Of a stretch of DNA of 64,000 nucleotides, positions 61,830 through 64,000 are shown in pieces. The first letter of the stretch is position 1; every line of letters begins with the position of its first letter. The notes beneath the pieces were generated by a model that was not told the origin of the DNA, made no database searches, and saw only the letters and a program-made list of their open reading frames with translations. The position numbers and the translations under genes are program-made. This stretch comes from Antedon mediterranea (lineage: Eukaryota; Animalia; Echinodermata). The DNA lies in the NCBI RefSeq assembly GCF_964355755.1, contig NC_092674.1, positions 2,294,001 to 2,358,000 of the forward strand, in the 5' to 3' direction.

Positions 61830-63120
61830 ATGGTGGCTACTAAAAGGTAAGTTTTAATTCATTAGCAGTACAATAAATAATTTAATTATGTTGATTACAT
61901 TTAAAAACAACTTTTACAAATGTGTTTTAAAATTACAATATACTTTTGAAACTTTTATCATACAGGCTATACACAAGGGCCGTGTTCACAGGCTACAAAC
62001 GAGGTCTTCGAAATCAGTATGAGAATACTGCCCTCTTGAAAATTGAAGGTGTTGAACATCGGGAAGAGACTGAATTCTACATGGGCAAAAGATGTGCATA
62101 CGTATACAAGGCAAAAAAGTAATGTTTGTTAAAGTCAACAAATTGAGATTTAAATTAGTTTTCAAGTACAGTAGAACCTCCATTTTACGTACGGTACGGG
62201 ACCGAAAGGCGTACGTAAAACAAAGGATTCGTAAAATCAAGGTTGACCTTAAATTGACCCCAAATACGTAGAGATCGTAGCTATAAAGGCTACCCTGTTT
62301 GTCTACTTTATTGAACAGCATGCAGGTTGTCACTAGCTAGAGGCCTTGCCTAGACTATTCAGGCCAGGCTAGCAGGCCTAGCAAGATGTGAGGCCTAACT
62401 AGAAAAGTACAGTATATACAGGCTGTGAGATGTTTAAATAAAGTGTAAAATATCAATGTTCTTGTATTTTCTATAATCAATAAAAACAGTCGCTGCATTT
62501 AATGCACGTGCGTAGCTTGACTCAAACACACAGCAGAATTCCACACACAGCCATGATTGTGGCTTTGTGTGCTTTGTTGTTAAATTGCGCCCTCAATGTA
62601 AGAAAATGATGACGTCATCGGTTATTTTAAGCGTACGTAAAATCAAGGGAACGTAAAATCATGGTACGTAAAACACAGGTTCTACTTTAACTTCTAACCT
62701 ATATGTATATTTGAATTCTCTATTTCATTTTTTTCAATGTTTTTATTTTGCAGCAAGACCAGAACACCAGGCGCTGATAAGCCAAACAACACAAGAGTAA
62801 TCTGGGGTAAAATTACCAGATCTCACGGTAAAAGTGGAGCAGTACGAGCTAAATTTAGGAGAAACTTACCAGCCAAGGCTATAGGCAAACGTATTAGAGT
62901 TGTAAGTACATTAGTGTTGGTGTATTTCATTATATTTGTCCATGTTTTAAGCAACAGTGTGCAGAACTGTCGTAAAATACATACACACTTGTACAATGGA
63001 GAATAAGCTTATCAAAAACACCCTAGCCCAAACATAAAAGTCTTGCTGTAAATTGTTCATTTATCGTTAAACTGTATTCATTTTTATTATTTCCAGATGC
63101 TGTATCCATCAAGAATCTAA
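61830..63120 (+). CDS. RPL35A: 60S ribosomal protein L35a (eL33), 113 aa (exons 61830-61846, 61966-62118, 62754-62901, 63097-63120)
   Basis: [81 protein letters not shown]-stop. Confidence 0.98.
62169..62687. mobile_element. pogo/Tigger-like MITE in RPL35A intron
   Basis: TA|CAGTAGAACCTCCATTTTACGTAC ... GTACGTAAAACACAGGTTCTACTT|TA with subterminal CGTAAAATCAAGG repeats. Confidence 0.78.
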
Positions 63121-63859
63121 CCGGTTACGATCTGATAAATGGATGTTAGAATTCTCTCCACAAAACACTTTTATTAAAAATATAAATAGCAAAGCCAGCT
63201 CTTTGAGAAACACAATAAATTAAACCACAAATGTGAATATTGTACCAATGTCTCTTTTTGTTTTGTGAACTCTAGTCGTTTAGATAATTTGCAATACTGG
63301 TCATGTGATATGAAAATTCTGCCTTCCAGTTTTATGCTGGTGTTTATCCAGTGTGAACGTACAGTACATCGCCATGGAAACATTAATTTACTCCCCTTAA
63401 GCTCTGTCTACATTTAAGTGTGATGTGCCCAAATATAGTAGTGATATGACATGTCCATATATGGGCACATCACATTTTTTGTCAGTGTAGTGTAGAGAGG
63501 GCTTTAGTTTTGGAAAGCCATAACTTAAAATACATGTTACAGTACTGTATTTTAATATTTTTTCATTTGAGATGGAATTTATGCAGTGTGAATAAAATTT
63601 AAAATACTGTACTTGCGTACAGTATATGAAGAAACAGCTCTATGTCAACTAGATTCTCAGGTGGTATGGTACATTTTATTGAAATTACTGTACAAAAAGC
63701 ACTACAACTAAAGTGGAAAATTCACACAACTTATCTATTGCACATTTGTGAATAAAGCTTAGTGTATTGTAAAAGTACAGTGTGTCTATATAGAGCACCA
63801 TTTAGCTAACAGTACTGTGTCTGTAAAATGAAAAAATCAGCCACATAATCTTTTATTAA

Positions 63860-64000
63860 AACTAGACATGTAACTCGTCACTTTGACGAGTTTGGTTATC
63901 CGCCGCGCAAGTGGTGCAACATTAACATTAAGGGGATAGGTTGAGGACAAAAGGAAGTGTTCACGTTGGCATTATGACCTGAACTGAAGAATATGATCTG
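63860..64000 (-). mobile_element. 3' end of a probable second HINE/Helentron-type element
   Basis: AAAACTAG followed by hairpin AACTCGTCA-CTT-TGACGAGTT and TCCGCC, the same layout as the end at 55736. Confidence 0.5.

Overview
This is AT-rich, intron-rich genomic DNA from an animal, probably an invertebrate deuterostome such as an echinoderm (inferred from Deu-domain SINEs and gene structures, not proven). Seven spliced host genes can be read by hand: the 3' part of a Na+/K+-ATPase beta subunit (+), thymidylate kinase copy 1 (-), centrobin (-) head-to-head with TRAPPC1 (+), thymidylate kinase copy 2 (-), and IQCG/DRC9 (-) head-to-head with RPL35A (+). Introns and spacers are packed with transposons: a Kolobok end carrying an intact KolX/P2X7-ballast-like ORF, Kolobok, PIF/Harbinger, P-like, hAT-like and Tc1/mariner-like MITEs, a Helentron-type HINE, SINEs and a truncated CR1/L2-group LINE. 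There is also a ~6 kb satellite built from palindromic units and several minisatellites. The main observations are: (1) an intact DTYMK paralog that has lost the thymine-recognising Arg76 and gained Arg69; (2) two young tandem arrays, each made by amplifying a MITE terminus plus its flanking DNA; (3) a TIR element whose only cargo is a spliced HIRAN-like gene; (4) a higher-order satellite of hairpins; (5) a U12-type intron in TRAPPC1; (6) two head-to-head gene pairs that are also paired in human. Coordinates were counted by eye and may be off by a few bases; no database searches were run.
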